DNA from: Bacilli bacterium
GTDB taxonomy: Bacteria > Bacillota_I > Bacilli_A > ML615J-28 > CAG-698
Reading direction: 5' to 3'
Assembly (NCBI GenBank): GCA_918272565.1
Contig: CAKJYW010000021.1
Location: forward strand, 1,294 to 65,293
DNA: 64,000 bases
Made by a program: the position numbers and the translations under genes. Below the pieces are notes generated by a model. That model saw only the letters and a program-made list of their open reading frames with translations, had not been told where the DNA came from and did not search any database. Below, in pieces: positions 49,023 through 59,032 of the stretch; position 1 is the stretch's first letter; the number at the start of each line of letters is the position of its first letter.

Positions 49023-51089
49023 ATGCCTCGAGATATTGCTTTAGTCAATACTAGAAACATCGGTATCATGGCTCATATAGATGCGGGAAAAACTACTGTA
49101 ACAGAAAGAATTTTATATCATACAGGAAAGATTCACAAAATCGGTGAAACTCATGATGGCGCTGCTCAAATGGACTGGATGGAGCAAGAGATGGAGCGTG
49201 GTATTACAATCACTTCCGCAGCAACAACTGCGTATTGGAAAGGCCATCGCATAAACATCATTGATACACCAGGACATGTAGATTTTACTGTTGAAGTAAG
49301 TCGTTCCTTAAGAGTTTTAGATGGTGCAATCACTGTGCTTGATGCTCAAGCTGGTGTAGAGCCTCAAACTGAAACTGTTTGGAGACAAGCTACTGAATAC
49401 CATGTTCCAAGAATCGTATTCATAAATAAGATGGACAAGACCGGAGCTGATTTTGATAAAGCTACCGAAAGTTTACACAAAAGACTTAATGCTAATGCTC
49501 ATCCAATTCAACTTCCAATTGGTGCTGAAGGCACATTTGATGGAATCATTGATTTGGTTGAGATGAAAGCTTATCATTTTGATGGTGGTCAGGAAGAAGA
49601 TTATCAAGAAATTGAAATTCCTGAATATCTAAAAGATGATGCTTTGCTTAGACGTGATGAACTAATCGCAGCAGTAAGTGATTTTGATGACGATCTTATG
49701 ATGGCTTATTTGGAAGAAGAAGAGATTAGCGTAGAGATGCTTAAAAAAGCAATAAGAAAAGCAACTCTTACCGTTGACTTCTTCCCAGTAATGTGTGGTA
49801 CTGCCTTTAAGAATAAAGGTATTAAATTAGTACTTGATGCAATTAATGATTATCTTCCTTCACCAATTGATGTTCCATTTATTAAAGGAACAAACAAGAA
49901 AGGTGAAGAAGAGGATATCATTGTAGGGGATGACGAACCTTTTGCAGCATTAGCATTTAAGGTTATGAATGACCCATATGTTGGAAAACTTACATTCTTT
50001 AGAGTGTACTCAGGTAAGTTAGAGACTGGATCATACGTCAATAACTCTACAAAAGACAAAAAAGAACGTATTGGAAGATTACTTCTAATGCATGCAAACA
50101 ACCGTACAGATATTACTGAAGTTCATGCTGGTGATATCGCAGCTGCAGTAGGATTAAAAGATACTACTACAGGCGATACACTATGTGATAATAGAAGAAT
50201 GGTCATTTTAGAATCAATGACATTCCCTGAACCAGTTATTAGTGTTGCAATCGAACCAAAGACAAAAGCTGATGAAGATCGTATGGCTCAAGCCTTACAA
50301 AAATTATCAGAAGAAGATCCTACATTTAGAGCAACAACAAATGCGGAAACTGGTCAAACTATTATCGCTGGTATGGGCGAACTTCACTTAGAGATAATTG
50401 TTGATAGAATGAAACGCGAATTTAGAGTAGAAGCCAATGTTGGTGCTCATCAAGTTTCTTATCGTGAAACAATTAAGAAAAGTGGTGAAGTTGAAGGTAA
50501 GTTCGTTCGTCAATCAGGCGGACATGGACAATATGGTGATGTTTGGATTAAATTCGAACCAAACCCTGGCAAAGGATTTGAATTCGTCGACGCTATTGTT
50601 GGTGGTGTCGTACCAAAAGAGTATATCGGACCAACACAAAAAGGACTTGAAGCAGCTTTGTTAAGTGGTAATTTAGCAGGTTACCCAACAATTGATATTA
50701 AAGCAACTTTGTTTGATGGATCATATCATGATGTTGACTCATCATCTGTTGCTTTCGAAGTTGCCGCAAGTTATGCATTTAGAGAAAGTGCAAAAGTTTG
50801 TCAACCAATATTACTAGAACCAATTATGTCGGTTGTAGTAGAAGTTCCAGATGAATATGTTGGATCTGTTATTGGAGATTTAATCAGCAAACGTGGAAAG
50901 ATTGATGGCCAAGATGTAGAAGCTAGATTCCAAAGAATCAGAGCATTCGTTCCTCTTGCTAAGATGTTTGGTTATGCAACATCCCTAAGAAGTAACACTC
51001 AAGGTAGAGGAAATTACACAATGCAATTTGACCATTATGAAGAATGTCCAAAGAGCGTTGCTGAAGAAATAATTGGCAAACGCAGGTAA
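49023..51089 (+). CDS. fusA: elongation factor G
   Basis: G domain '[14 protein letters not shown]', 'DTPGHVDF', 'NKMD'. Length 688 aa, with str-operon synteny. Confidence 0.96.
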   Translation: MPRDIALVNTRNIGIMAHIDAGKTTVTERILYHTGKIHKIGETHDGAAQMDWMEQEMERGITITSAATTAYWKGHRINIIDTPGHVDFTVEVSRSLRVLDGAITVLDAQAGVEPQTETVWRQATEYHVPRIVFINKMDKTGADFDKATESLHKRLNANAHPIQLPIGAEGTFDGIIDLVEMKAYHFDGGQEEDYQEIEIPEYLKDDALLRRDELIAAVSDFDDDLMMAYLEEEEISVEMLKKAIRKATLTVDFFPVMCGTAFKNKGIKLVLDAINDYLPSPIDVPFIKGTNKKGEEEDIIVGDDEPFAALAFKVMNDPYVGKLTFFRVYSGKLETGSYVNNSTKDKKERIGRLLLMHANNRTDITEVHAGDIAAAVGLKDTTTGDTLCDNRRMVILESMTFPEPVISVAIEPKTKADEDRMAQALQKLSEEDPTFRATTNAETGQTIIAGMGELHLEIIVDRMKREFRVEANVGAHQVSYRETIKKSGEVEGKFVRQSGGHGQYGDVWIKFEPNPGKGFEFVDAIVGGVVPKEYIGPTQKGLEAALLSGNLAGYPTIDIKATLFDGSYHDVDSSSVAFEVAASYAFRESAKVCQPILLEPIMSVVVEVPDEYVGSVIGDLISKRGKIDGQDVEARFQRIRAFVPLAKMFGYATSLRSNTQGRGNYTMQFDHYEECPKSVAEEIIGKRR

Positions 51090-51110
51090 TAAAATTAAAA
51101 AATAAAATAC

Positions 51111-51139
51111 TTGCAATATTTGTTCAAATAATATAAAAT
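51111..51139 (+). promoter_or_regulatory. internal sigma-A type promoter of tuf
   Basis: TTGCAA (51111-51116), 17-nt spacer, TAAAAT (51134-51139). Confidence 0.5.
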
Positions 51140-51171
51140 ATATATGGAAATAATTTTAGGAGGAAATATTA

Positions 51172-52356
51172 ATGGCAAAAGCTAAATTTGAACGTACTAA
51201 ACCGCATGTAAATATCGGTACTATCGGACATGTTGACCATGGTAAAACTACTTTGACATCTGCTATTACAAAGTATTTGGCTAAAAAAGGTCAAGCTAAG
51301 GTTATGGACTATGACCAAATCGATGGTGCTCCAGAAGAAAAGGCAAGAGGTATAACTATCAATACTGCCCATGTTGAATATGAAACTGACAAACGTCACT
51401 ATGCACACGTTGACTGTCCAGGACATGCTGACTATGTTAAGAACATGATCACTGGTGCTGCACAAATGGATGGTGCTATCCTTGTTGTTGCTGCAACAGA
51501 TGGACCTATGGCACAAACTCGTGAACACATCTTACTAAGCCGTCAAGTTGGTGTTCCTCGTCTTATCGTTTTCTTAAATAAGTGCGATATGGTTGATGAT
51601 GAAGAACTATTAGACTTAGTTGAAATGGAAGTTCGTGAATTATTAAGCGAATACGGATTCCCTGGAGATGAAGTTCCTGTTATCCGTGGATCTGCTCTAA
51701 AAGCTATGGAAGAAGATCCAGAAGCTCAAAAAGCTATCCAAGAATTAATGGATGCTGTTGACACTTACATCCCTACTCCAGTTCGTGACACTGATAAACC
51801 ATTCTTAATGCCTGTTGAAGACGTATTCTCAATCACAGGACGTGGAACAGTTGCAACTGGTAGAGTTGAACGTGGTACAGTTAAAGTTGGTGACCCTGTT
51901 GAAATCGTTGGTATTAAAGAAACTCAAACTTCAGTTGTTACTGGCGTTGAAATGTTCAGAAAGTTATTAGACTATGCAGAAGCTGGTGATAACATTGGTA
52001 CATTACTTCGTGGTATCAACCGTGATCAAATCCAACGTGGACAAGTAATTGCTAAACCTAAGACAGTTACTCCTCATACTTCATTTGATGCACAAGTTTA
52101 CGTATTAAGCAAGGATGAAGGTGGACGTCATACTCCATTCTTCTCTAACTATCGTCCTCAATTCTACTTCCGTACAACTGACGTAACTGGCGTTATCGAA
52201 TTAAAAGAAGGCGTAGAAATGATTATGCCTGGTGACAACGCTGAATTACATGTAGAATTGATTCACCCAATCGCAATCGAATTAGGAACTAAGTTCTCTA
52301 TTCGTGAAGGTGGACGTACAGTTGGTGCTGGTAACGTTACTAAGATTATCAAATAA
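51172..52356 (+). CDS. tuf: elongation factor Tu
   Basis: '[16 protein letters not shown]', 'DCPGHADY', 'NKCD'. Length 394 aa. Confidence 0.97.
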   Translation: MAKAKFERTKPHVNIGTIGHVDHGKTTLTSAITKYLAKKGQAKVMDYDQIDGAPEEKARGITINTAHVEYETDKRHYAHVDCPGHADYVKNMITGAAQMDGAILVVAATDGPMAQTREHILLSRQVGVPRLIVFLNKCDMVDDEELLDLVEMEVRELLSEYGFPGDEVPVIRGSALKAMEEDPEAQKAIQELMDAVDTYIPTPVRDTDKPFLMPVEDVFSITGRGTVATGRVERGTVKVGDPVEIVGIKETQTSVVTGVEMFRKLLDYAEAGDNIGTLLRGINRDQIQRGQVIAKPKTVTPHTSFDAQVYVLSKDEGGRHTPFFSNYRPQFYFRTTDVTGVIELKEGVEMIMPGDNAELHVELIHPIAIELGTKFSIREGGRTVGAGNVTKIIK

Positions 52357-52378
52357 TTTGATTTGATTTTAATAACTA

Positions 52379-52407
52379 ATAGCTCTACATTTGTAGGGCT
52401 ATTTTTT
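52379..52407 (+). terminator. rho-independent terminator after tuf
   Basis: Stem ATAGCTCTAC / GTAGGGCTAT (one G-U pair), then a T6 run. Confidence 0.7.
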
Positions 52408-52515
52408 ATACTTGTTTTCTATTTATGTCATTTTATTGTTTCTTTATCAGGTTTTTTTTCAAACTAAATAAGGCTAAAATGTGGTATAATATAAAGAGTA
52501 AGAAGGATAAAAAAG

Positions 52516-53268
52516 ATGATTATTGATACACATATGCATATCTATGATGATAGATATCTAGATAAAGAAAAAGTCATCCAAAATGCTTTAGATAATGGTG
52601 TTGAAAAGATGATTGTTATTGGTTACGATAAAGAATCATCTCTAAAAGCCTTGGAACTCGCTAAAAAATATGACTTTATCTATCTAGCAGTTGGCCTACA
52701 TCCTAGTGAAGTCTTAAAAGAAGAAGATAAAGATTTAGGTTGGTTAACTGATATTTTAGATAAAGAAAAAGTTATTGCAATTGGTGAGATTGGTCTAGAT
52801 TATTATTGGGATAAATCATTTATCGATGAACAAAAGCATTATTTTAAAAAGCAAATTGAATTAGCTAAAAAATATAATTTACCAATTATCATTCATAACC
52901 GTGATGCGATGCAAGATACATTTGATATTATAAAAGATTGTGGCGTTAGAGGCGTTTTGCATTGTTACGGTGGTAGTTTAGAGATGGCTAGAGAGCTCGT
53001 TAAAAAGGGATGGTATTTAGGAATTGGCGGAGTAGTTACTTTTAAAAATGCTAGGATTATAAAGGAAGTTGTTAAAGAGATTGATTTAAGATATTTAATA
53101 ACAGAAACTGATAGTCCATACCTTGCGCCTACTCCTCATAGAGGTGAATTAAATGAACCTGCATATACTAAATATGTAGTTAGTGAGATTGCTAGTATTA
53201 AAGGAATAACTATTGACGAAGTAGAAAAACAAGTAGAAGAAAATGTTAAGAATCTATTTGGGATTTAG
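52516..53268 (+). CDS. TatD family metal-dependent hydrolase/DNase
   Basis: 'IDTHMH', 'GLHP', 'IGEIGLDY', 'IIHNRDA', 'HCYGGS', 'ETDSPYL'. Confidence 0.85.
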   Translation: MIIDTHMHIYDDRYLDKEKVIQNALDNGVEKMIVIGYDKESSLKALELAKKYDFIYLAVGLHPSEVLKEEDKDLGWLTDILDKEKVIAIGEIGLDYYWDKSFIDEQKHYFKKQIELAKKYNLPIIIHNRDAMQDTFDIIKDCGVRGVLHCYGGSLEMARELVKKGWYLGIGGVVTFKNARIIKEVVKEIDLRYLITETDSPYLAPTPHRGELNEPAYTKYVVSEIASIKGITIDEVEKQVEENVKNLFGI

Positions 53269-53275
53269 GTGGCTT

Positions 53276-54427
53276 ATGAAAAGGATAATGATTATTTTAT
53301 TGGTTGTTATTAGTTTGTTATTTATGGGATGCGCTAACATCTTTAATAATGAAATATATAACAAATCATATAATGTGGAAATAGACTTAGAAGAGTTTGA
53401 AGACTTGATTACTGCTGCAGTAGAAAAAGCTGCTCCAAGCGTTGTGGGTGTTAGTAATTATGAGAAAAACGTTGTTGGTTACACCCTATCATCAACTGGT
53501 AGTGGCGTAATTTATAATTGTGAAGTTGTATTGAAAGATGGAACAATCGAGAAAGATTACACTAAAACATTTAATAGTGATAATGTAAAAGAATACATTT
53601 ATAAAGTAGTTACTAACCATCATGTTATTGATAGTAAGACTAATAATAAGGTAAGAATCTACATCGGTGATGACAACCAAAGAATCGATGCTAGTATCCT
53701 AGGCTGGGACGATAAGGTTGACTTAGCGGTTGTTGAATTTAAGTATTATAAGTTCATTCAACCTATCGAATTTGCTGATAGTGAGCAAGTTAAAAGAGGA
53801 AATTTTGCCATAGCAATAGGCAACCCTGGAGGGTATGATTTCTATGGATCATCAACTTTTGGTATCATTTCTTCACCTAAAAGATATTTAAGTGATGATA
53901 CTGATGGTGATGGTGTAGCTGACTGGGATAGTGAATATATTCAACATGATGTTGCTATTAACCCTGGTTCATCTGGTGGAGCTTTAGTTAACATCAAAGG
54001 TGAATTAATTGGAATAAATACATTAAAGCTAGTTGATAGCGATAATATGGGATTTGCAATTCCATCTAACTTAGTTAAGGAACTCATTAAATATTTAGAA
54101 CAAGGAAAAAAGCCAGTTAGATACACTTTAGGTATTATGACTTATGAAGTAACAAAGCTAATCAATAAGGAAGATTATGGCAGTGGCCTACCTGATGTTG
54201 ATATACCTGAAGGTATTAATTATGGACTTTATGTCAGTGAAGTAGATGTTAAAGGTCATGCCTTCTTAAAACTTCAATATGGTGATATAATATTAGAGAT
54301 TAATGGTGTTAAAGTGACAAGAAGCCAAGACTTTAGAGCTGAACTAGGTAAAGTAATCGATGGTGGATTTGTTACTTTAAAGGTATTAAGAAATAATGAA
54401 GAAATTGATGTAAGGATTGATTTTTAG
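53276..54427 (+). CDS. S1C (HtrA/DegP-like) serine protease lipoprotein with PDZ domain
   Basis: ATG 53276 after AGGTGG. Signal plus Cys (LLFMGC). Triad contexts 'TNHHVI', 'DLAVV', 'GSSGGAL'. C-terminal PDZ-like 'GLYVSEV...GDIILEINGVKV'. Confidence 0.8.
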   Translation: MKRIMIILLVVISLLFMGCANIFNNEIYNKSYNVEIDLEEFEDLITAAVEKAAPSVVGVSNYEKNVVGYTLSSTGSGVIYNCEVVLKDGTIEKDYTKTFNSDNVKEYIYKVVTNHHVIDSKTNNKVRIYIGDDNQRIDASILGWDDKVDLAVVEFKYYKFIQPIEFADSEQVKRGNFAIAIGNPGGYDFYGSSTFGIISSPKRYLSDDTDGDGVADWDSEYIQHDVAINPGSSGGALVNIKGELIGINTLKLVDSDNMGFAIPSNLVKELIKYLEQGKKPVRYTLGIMTYEVTKLINKEDYGSGLPDVDIPEGINYGLYVSEVDVKGHAFLKLQYGDIILEINGVKVTRSQDFRAELGKVIDGGFVTLKVLRNNEEIDVRIDF

Positions 54428-54434
54428 GTGGATT

Positions 54435-55946
54435 ATGAAGAAAATTGTATATTTATTATTAATTGTTTTAACGACTTTTTTATTTGCTGCTTGTGGAAAT
54501 AGGGAACTTGAAATAAACCTAGATGGCGTTAGTGATTATTTTGAGATTACTGTTGGAGAAGAAAAAGAGTTAGATATAAGCAAATCTTTAGAAAAAGTAA
54601 TCATCAATGATGATGTTATTTCACTAGATGAAAATAACGTAGTTAAAGGATTAAAAGCAGGAACAGCCTATATCAAAACCCTATCAGCAACAGGAAAAAC
54701 TAAAGACAAATACGAAGTAATCGTTAAAAGCGGAAAATACGATGGCGTTATTAAAGAAGATGAAATTGGTTTTGATATAATTTCACTAAAAGTTGGAGAA
54801 GCAAAACTAATCCAAACAATCAATAAAGATACCGTTATTAGCTCTTCAAGCGATTGCTTGAGAGTTGAAGGTAAGGTAATTTATGGAGAGAGTGTTGGAA
54901 TTGGATCACTTACAATTGGTAGCGAGTTAGTTGTTGTTTTAGTAAGTGAGGCTGAAACTGGAAGTGATGTTGAAGAGAAAGTAATCAATGTTAGTGCTAG
55001 TGCTAAAGAGACACTGGTAACTGTCCTAAATTATAAAGAAGGTCAAAATCACGATTATTCTTTATATGCATTTGGTAGTGGAGTTATTTATAAAATTGAT
55101 GATGACACAATCTACATTCTAACAAACCGCCATGTTGTTTTAGGTCATGAAGTTTTATATGCTTATTTTGAAGGAACAGAAGATAAAGTTTATTGTAGAC
55201 TTTTAGCATATGATGATATGGTTGATTTAGCGGTTGTGGCTGTTGATAGAAATAAAATTAGCGATATCACTAAAATCTCTAGTTGCAAATTTGCTGATTA
55301 TAGTAAAGCTAGAGTTGGTGAATTTGTTATGACAGTTGGTTCTCCATTTGATTTTGAATTTAGTGGAACAACTTGTTTAGGAATTGTTTCTAAAAAAGAA
55401 GTATACCTAGAAGAAGACATTAACTATGATGGTGCTTACGACTATTTCAACAAATACATCCAAGTTGATGCTTCTATTAATAGTGGAAATAGTGGTGGAC
55501 CTCTATTTGACTTAAATGGATTTGTATTAGGAATAAATACAGCAAAGATTGATTCATCAATGGCTGATAATATTGGTTTTTCTATTCCTAGTGATGTCAT
55601 ATTGTTAGTTCTTGATAGACTAGAGAATGCTTCAAAGATCAAATATAAATCACTTGGAATCAGTTGTTATTCAATAGATATGATTCTTAATTATGATATA
55701 AAATATGATACTGGTGATTTCCAAAATGGTGTTATCGTAACTAATGTTTTAGAAGATAGCTTTGCAGAAAAAGCAGGAATTCTAAAAAATGACATTATTA
55801 CTGAAATCAATGGTGTTGAAATTAAAACTGCAAAACAACTACTTTATGAATTCTTTATGGCAAACATTAGGGAAGAAAAAGAAGTAACATTAAAAGTTTA
55901 TAGAGATGAAAAATACATTGATTTAAAAGTATCTATCGAAGAATAA
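54435..55946 (+). CDS. S1C (HtrA-like) serine protease lipoprotein with N-terminal Big_2-like domains and PDZ
   Basis: ATG 54435 after AGGTGG. Lipobox LFAAC. Two Big_2-like segments ('VKGLKAGTAYIK', 'GESVGIGSLTI'). Triad 'TNRHVV', 'DLAVVAV', 'GNSGGPL'. PDZ 'GVIVTNV...NDIITEINGVEI'. Confidence 0.8.
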   Translation: MKKIVYLLLIVLTTFLFAACGNRELEINLDGVSDYFEITVGEEKELDISKSLEKVIINDDVISLDENNVVKGLKAGTAYIKTLSATGKTKDKYEVIVKSGKYDGVIKEDEIGFDIISLKVGEAKLIQTINKDTVISSSSDCLRVEGKVIYGESVGIGSLTIGSELVVVLVSEAETGSDVEEKVINVSASAKETLVTVLNYKEGQNHDYSLYAFGSGVIYKIDDDTIYILTNRHVVLGHEVLYAYFEGTEDKVYCRLLAYDDMVDLAVVAVDRNKISDITKISSCKFADYSKARVGEFVMTVGSPFDFEFSGTTCLGIVSKKEVYLEEDINYDGAYDYFNKYIQVDASINSGNSGGPLFDLNGFVLGINTAKIDSSMADNIGFSIPSDVILLVLDRLENASKIKYKSLGISCYSIDMILNYDIKYDTGDFQNGVIVTNVLEDSFAEKAGILKNDIITEINGVEIKTAKQLLYEFFMANIREEKEVTLKVYRDEKYIDLKVSIEE

Positions 55947-55949
55947 AAA

Positions 55950-55987
55950 AAAACAGTTTTTGGTTTTTTGCCTTAAACTGTTTTTTA
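55950..55987 (+). terminator. rho-independent terminator
   Basis: Stem AACAGTTT (55952-59) / AAACTGTT (55975-82), then a T run. Confidence 0.65.
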
Positions 55988-56013
55988 GTATAAACGCAAT
56001 AAAATGAATTCCA

Positions 56014-56042
56014 TTGACTTATATTAGGGAAATCGGTATAAA
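56014..56042 (+). promoter_or_regulatory. consensus-like sigma-A promoter with no obvious downstream + strand gene
   Basis: TTGACT (56014-56019), 17-nt spacer, TATAAA (56037-56042). The -10 element and spacer are part of repeat unit 1. Confidence 0.45.
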
Positions 56043-56105
56043 ATATAAAAATAAATATTAGGGAAATAGGTATAAAATATAAAAATAAATATTAGGGAAA
56101 CCGGG
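56021..56105 (+). repeat. 34-bp tandem direct repeat, 2 full units plus a degenerate half unit
   Basis: Unit 1 (56021-56054): ATATTAGGGAAATCGGTATAAAATATAAAAATAA. Unit 2 (56055-56088) is identical except C->A at the 14th base. Unit 3 (56089-) is ATATTAGGGAAACCGGG, then diverges. Confidence 0.9.
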
Positions 56106-56268
56106 ACATTTGAATTATATGAAATTATAATGAAAAACTAATTGATGAATATTTCTTTTTGTTTGATTAACGTTATTGAATTATATACGATATAAATGTA
56201 AAACACTAGGTGAATTTAGTCACAGATAATAAAAAAAGGGTTTTTGTTGGTTGTGTCAATAAAAATCC

Positions 56269-56595
56269 TTATTTTTCATATATAGTATCAATTATTGTTT
56301 TTAGTTGATAATCTTCATCATATTTTGAGTTTATAGCACTACCAAAGGCAAATGTGTTTTCGATTGTTGTTTGGAATGATGCGTTTGTTAGAATCTTTTT
56401 GTTGTCGGTTAGTGCTCCAAGTTTCTTTAGTAAATCTAGGTTATCACTAATGAAATAATCGAATACTATTTCTTCATCATCTTTAGTTGCTTTAAATGTA
56501 TCGATTATTTTATATGTTGAATCTAGTTTAATTGCATCATTTAAATTTAGATTGATATCATTATTTGATAGTATTGCTATAGTGTAATATTTCAT
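56269..56595 (-). CDS. hypothetical protein (orphan, opposite strand)
   Basis: 108-aa ORF with SD GAGGT 7 nt upstream of the ATG on the minus strand. A weak U-rich hairpin lies downstream (about 56228-56266). No confident family recognised. Confidence 0.5.
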   Translation of the reverse strand: MKYYTIAILSNNDINLNLNDAIKLDSTYKIIDTFKATKDDEEIVFDYFISDNLDLLKKLGALTDNKKILTNASFQTTIENTFAFGSAINSKYDEDYQLKTIIDTIYEK

Positions 56596-56704
56596 TCGTT
56601 TTACCTCTATTTAATTATACACTATTTTTAGTTTTAAGTGAATTGTTACGCTTTAATATTTTAATTAGATATGATAAAATAATAACAAGAAGAAGGTGAA
56701 AAAA

Positions 56705-57802
56705 TTGGGATTAACAGCAGGAATTATTGGACTTCCAAATGTTGGGAAGTCAACATTATTCAATGCAATTACCAAGAGTAAGGTTTTGAGTGCGAATTAC
56801 CCTTTCGCCACAATCGAACCTAATGTTGGAATAGTTGAAGTAAGAGATAAAAGATTAGAAAAAATAGTTGAAATAGTAAAACCAAGAAATGTTGTTTACA
56901 CATCATTTTCTTTCACAGATATTGCAGGGCTAGTTAAAGGTGCTAGTTTAGGTGAAGGTCTAGGCAATCAGTTTTTAGCAAACATTAGAGAAGTAGATGC
57001 TATATGTCACGTTGTTAGGTGCTTTACTGATAAAGATGTAATCCATGTAAATGGAGTAATTGACCCTATTAATGACATTGAAACAATCAATCTTGAATTA
57101 GCATTTGCAGATATCGATGTAATTGATAAAAGAATTCCTAAAATTGAAAAGAAAGCTCAACTTCATGTTGATAAAGAGTCAATGGTTGAATATAATCTTC
57201 TTGTTCGTCTTAAAGATGGGTTAAACCAAGGAATTGCTTTAAGAGATCAAAAATTAAACCAAGAAGAACTTGATTTAATAAAGAATTTTAATTTCTTAAC
57301 ATTAAAGCCAATGATTTATGTATTAAATGTTGATGAGGCTGATATTAAAGAAGATAGCGAATTAGTTAAAAAGGTTAAAGAATATGCTGCGAGTCACGGA
57401 GTAGAAACGGTTAAGATTAGTGCTCAAATCGAAGAAGAGATCTTAGATTTAGATGAAGATGATAGAGCGATGTTTTTAGAAGACCTTGGAATTAGTGAAA
57501 GTGGCTTAGATCAACTAGTTAAGAAGAGTTATGATTTGTTAGGCTTAGAGACTTTCTTTACAGCTGGTGAGAAAGAGTGCCGTGCTTGGACTTATAAAAA
57601 AGGTAGCAAAGCACCAAAGTGCGCGGGAATCATCCATTCAGATTTTGAAAGAGGCTTTATTAGAGCAGAAGTTATTAGCTATGATGACTTTATTGCTTGT
57701 GGGAACTATCAAAAAGCAAAAGAAGCTGGAAAACTAAGAAGTGAAGGAAAAGAATATGTTTTCCATGATGGAGATATTGTAGAATTTAAGTTTAATGTAT
57801 AA
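56705..57802 (+). CDS. ychF: redox-regulated ATPase YchF
   Basis: TTG 56705, 5 nt after GAAGGTGA, gives (M)GLTAGIIGLPNVGKSTLFNAIT, the canonical YchF N-terminus. 'DIAGLV.GAS.GEGLGN.FL', C-terminal 'GDI..F.FNV'. Confidence 0.92.
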   Translation: MGLTAGIIGLPNVGKSTLFNAITKSKVLSANYPFATIEPNVGIVEVRDKRLEKIVEIVKPRNVVYTSFSFTDIAGLVKGASLGEGLGNQFLANIREVDAICHVVRCFTDKDVIHVNGVIDPINDIETINLELAFADIDVIDKRIPKIEKKAQLHVDKESMVEYNLLVRLKDGLNQGIALRDQKLNQEELDLIKNFNFLTLKPMIYVLNVDEADIKEDSELVKKVKEYAASHGVETVKISAQIEEEILDLDEDDRAMFLEDLGISESGLDQLVKKSYDLLGLETFFTAGEKECRAWTYKKGSKAPKCAGIIHSDFERGFIRAEVISYDDFIACGNYQKAKEAGKLRSEGKEYVFHDGDIVEFKFNV

Positions 57803-57811
57803 GGAAACTTT

Positions 57812-59029
57812 ATGAAAGCATTGATATTAGCTGTTGGAGATGAAGTGTTAAGTGGAAGAGTAGTCAACACTAATGCTTCATTTTTAGCGGGGGAATTAGA
57901 GAAATTAGGAATAGAGACAATTAAACATATCACTATTGGTGATAATGAGAAGATGCTAAGAAGTGAAGTGGCAGAATTCATTAATAGTGATATTGATATA
58001 TTAATAACAACAGGTGGCTTAGGGCCTACTCACGATGACTTCACAAAAGAAGTAATATGCGATATCTTTAATAAAGAGATGGAATTAAAGGATGTAGCCT
58101 ATCAGACATTAGTTAATTATTTTGGTGATCATTTTGCTAAAAGCAATATGAAACAAGCATATTTTCCAGTTGATTCAATTGTTTTACCTAATCCAATTGG
58201 AACAGCTCATGGCTGTATCTTTGAGGGGCTTGGTAAAAAGGTGATTTTGCTTGTTGGTCCTCCATTTGAAAACACTTTGATGTTTAATCTAGGTGTTAAG
58301 CCTTATTTAGAATCTTTGTTTGAAGAGAAGCTTCTAATTAAAGAATACACTATAATGGGGGCTGGAGAGAGTAAGATTGAAGATTATTTGAGCGATTTCT
58401 TTAAAGAATATAGTGATATAGCTATTAACCCATATGCATCTATGGGTAAGATTAGATATCAAATAACTACAAAAGCATCAAATGAAGCTAGGTTTATTGA
58501 GTGTAATAAAAAGTTTGAAGAACTAATGGATCCATACATTGTTTCTTGTAATAATGAACCTATTGAAGAAGTAGTATTTAAAAAGCTAAAAGAATTAGGC
58601 TATACAATTAGTTTTACTGAAAGCTTAACTGGTGGAATGCTTGCATCTACCTTAATTAATGTTAGTGGAAGTAGTGAAGTAATTAAAGAAAGCTTAGTTA
58701 CTTATTCTAACGAAGCTAAGATTAAGTATCTAAAAGTTAAAGAGGAAACAATTGATAAATATAATGTAGCTAGTATGGAAGTGTCAAGGGAAATGGCTGA
58801 TGGTTTGTATGAATTAACTAATAGCGATGTTTGTATTTCTACAACCGGAATTGCAGGTCCTACTGGAGGCGTTGATGGTAAGCCAGTTGGCTTAACTTGC
58901 TACACTATTAAAGTTAAAGATAAATATTTAACAAAAGAGAAAGTATTTAAAGGAGACAGAAACCAAATCCGTCTTCGTGCCACAATGTACATCTTATATG
59001 AATTATATAAAATACTAAAGGAGATTTAA
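57812..59029 (+). CDS. cinA: CinA family protein (MoCF-binding domain + nicotinamide-nucleotide amidohydrolase PncC domain)
   Basis: 'MKALILAVGDEVLSGRVVNTNASFLAGEL', 'ITTGGLGPTHDD'. C-terminal 'ESLTGGMLAS', 'TGIAGPTGG'. Confidence 0.88.
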   Translation: MKALILAVGDEVLSGRVVNTNASFLAGELEKLGIETIKHITIGDNEKMLRSEVAEFINSDIDILITTGGLGPTHDDFTKEVICDIFNKEMELKDVAYQTLVNYFGDHFAKSNMKQAYFPVDSIVLPNPIGTAHGCIFEGLGKKVILLVGPPFENTLMFNLGVKPYLESLFEEKLLIKEYTIMGAGESKIEDYLSDFFKEYSDIAINPYASMGKIRYQITTKASNEARFIECNKKFEELMDPYIVSCNNEPIEEVVFKKLKELGYTISFTESLTGGMLASTLINVSGSSEVIKESLVTYSNEAKIKYLKVKEETIDKYNVASMEVSREMADGLYELTNSDVCISTTGIAGPTGGVDGKPVGLTCYTIKVKDKYLTKEKVFKGDRNQIRLRATMYILYELYKILKEI

Positions 59030-59032
59030 TTG

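Noticed and set aside
56021-56105. Possible CRISPR array or replication-origin iterons in the 34-bp repeat region.
   Set aside because: The repeats are directly abutting with no spacers, and there are only about 2.5 units. There are no cas genes, so this is not CRISPR. I found no DnaA-box-like TTATCCACA or its complement in 55990-56700 and no rep gene, so an origin or iteron function is unsupported.
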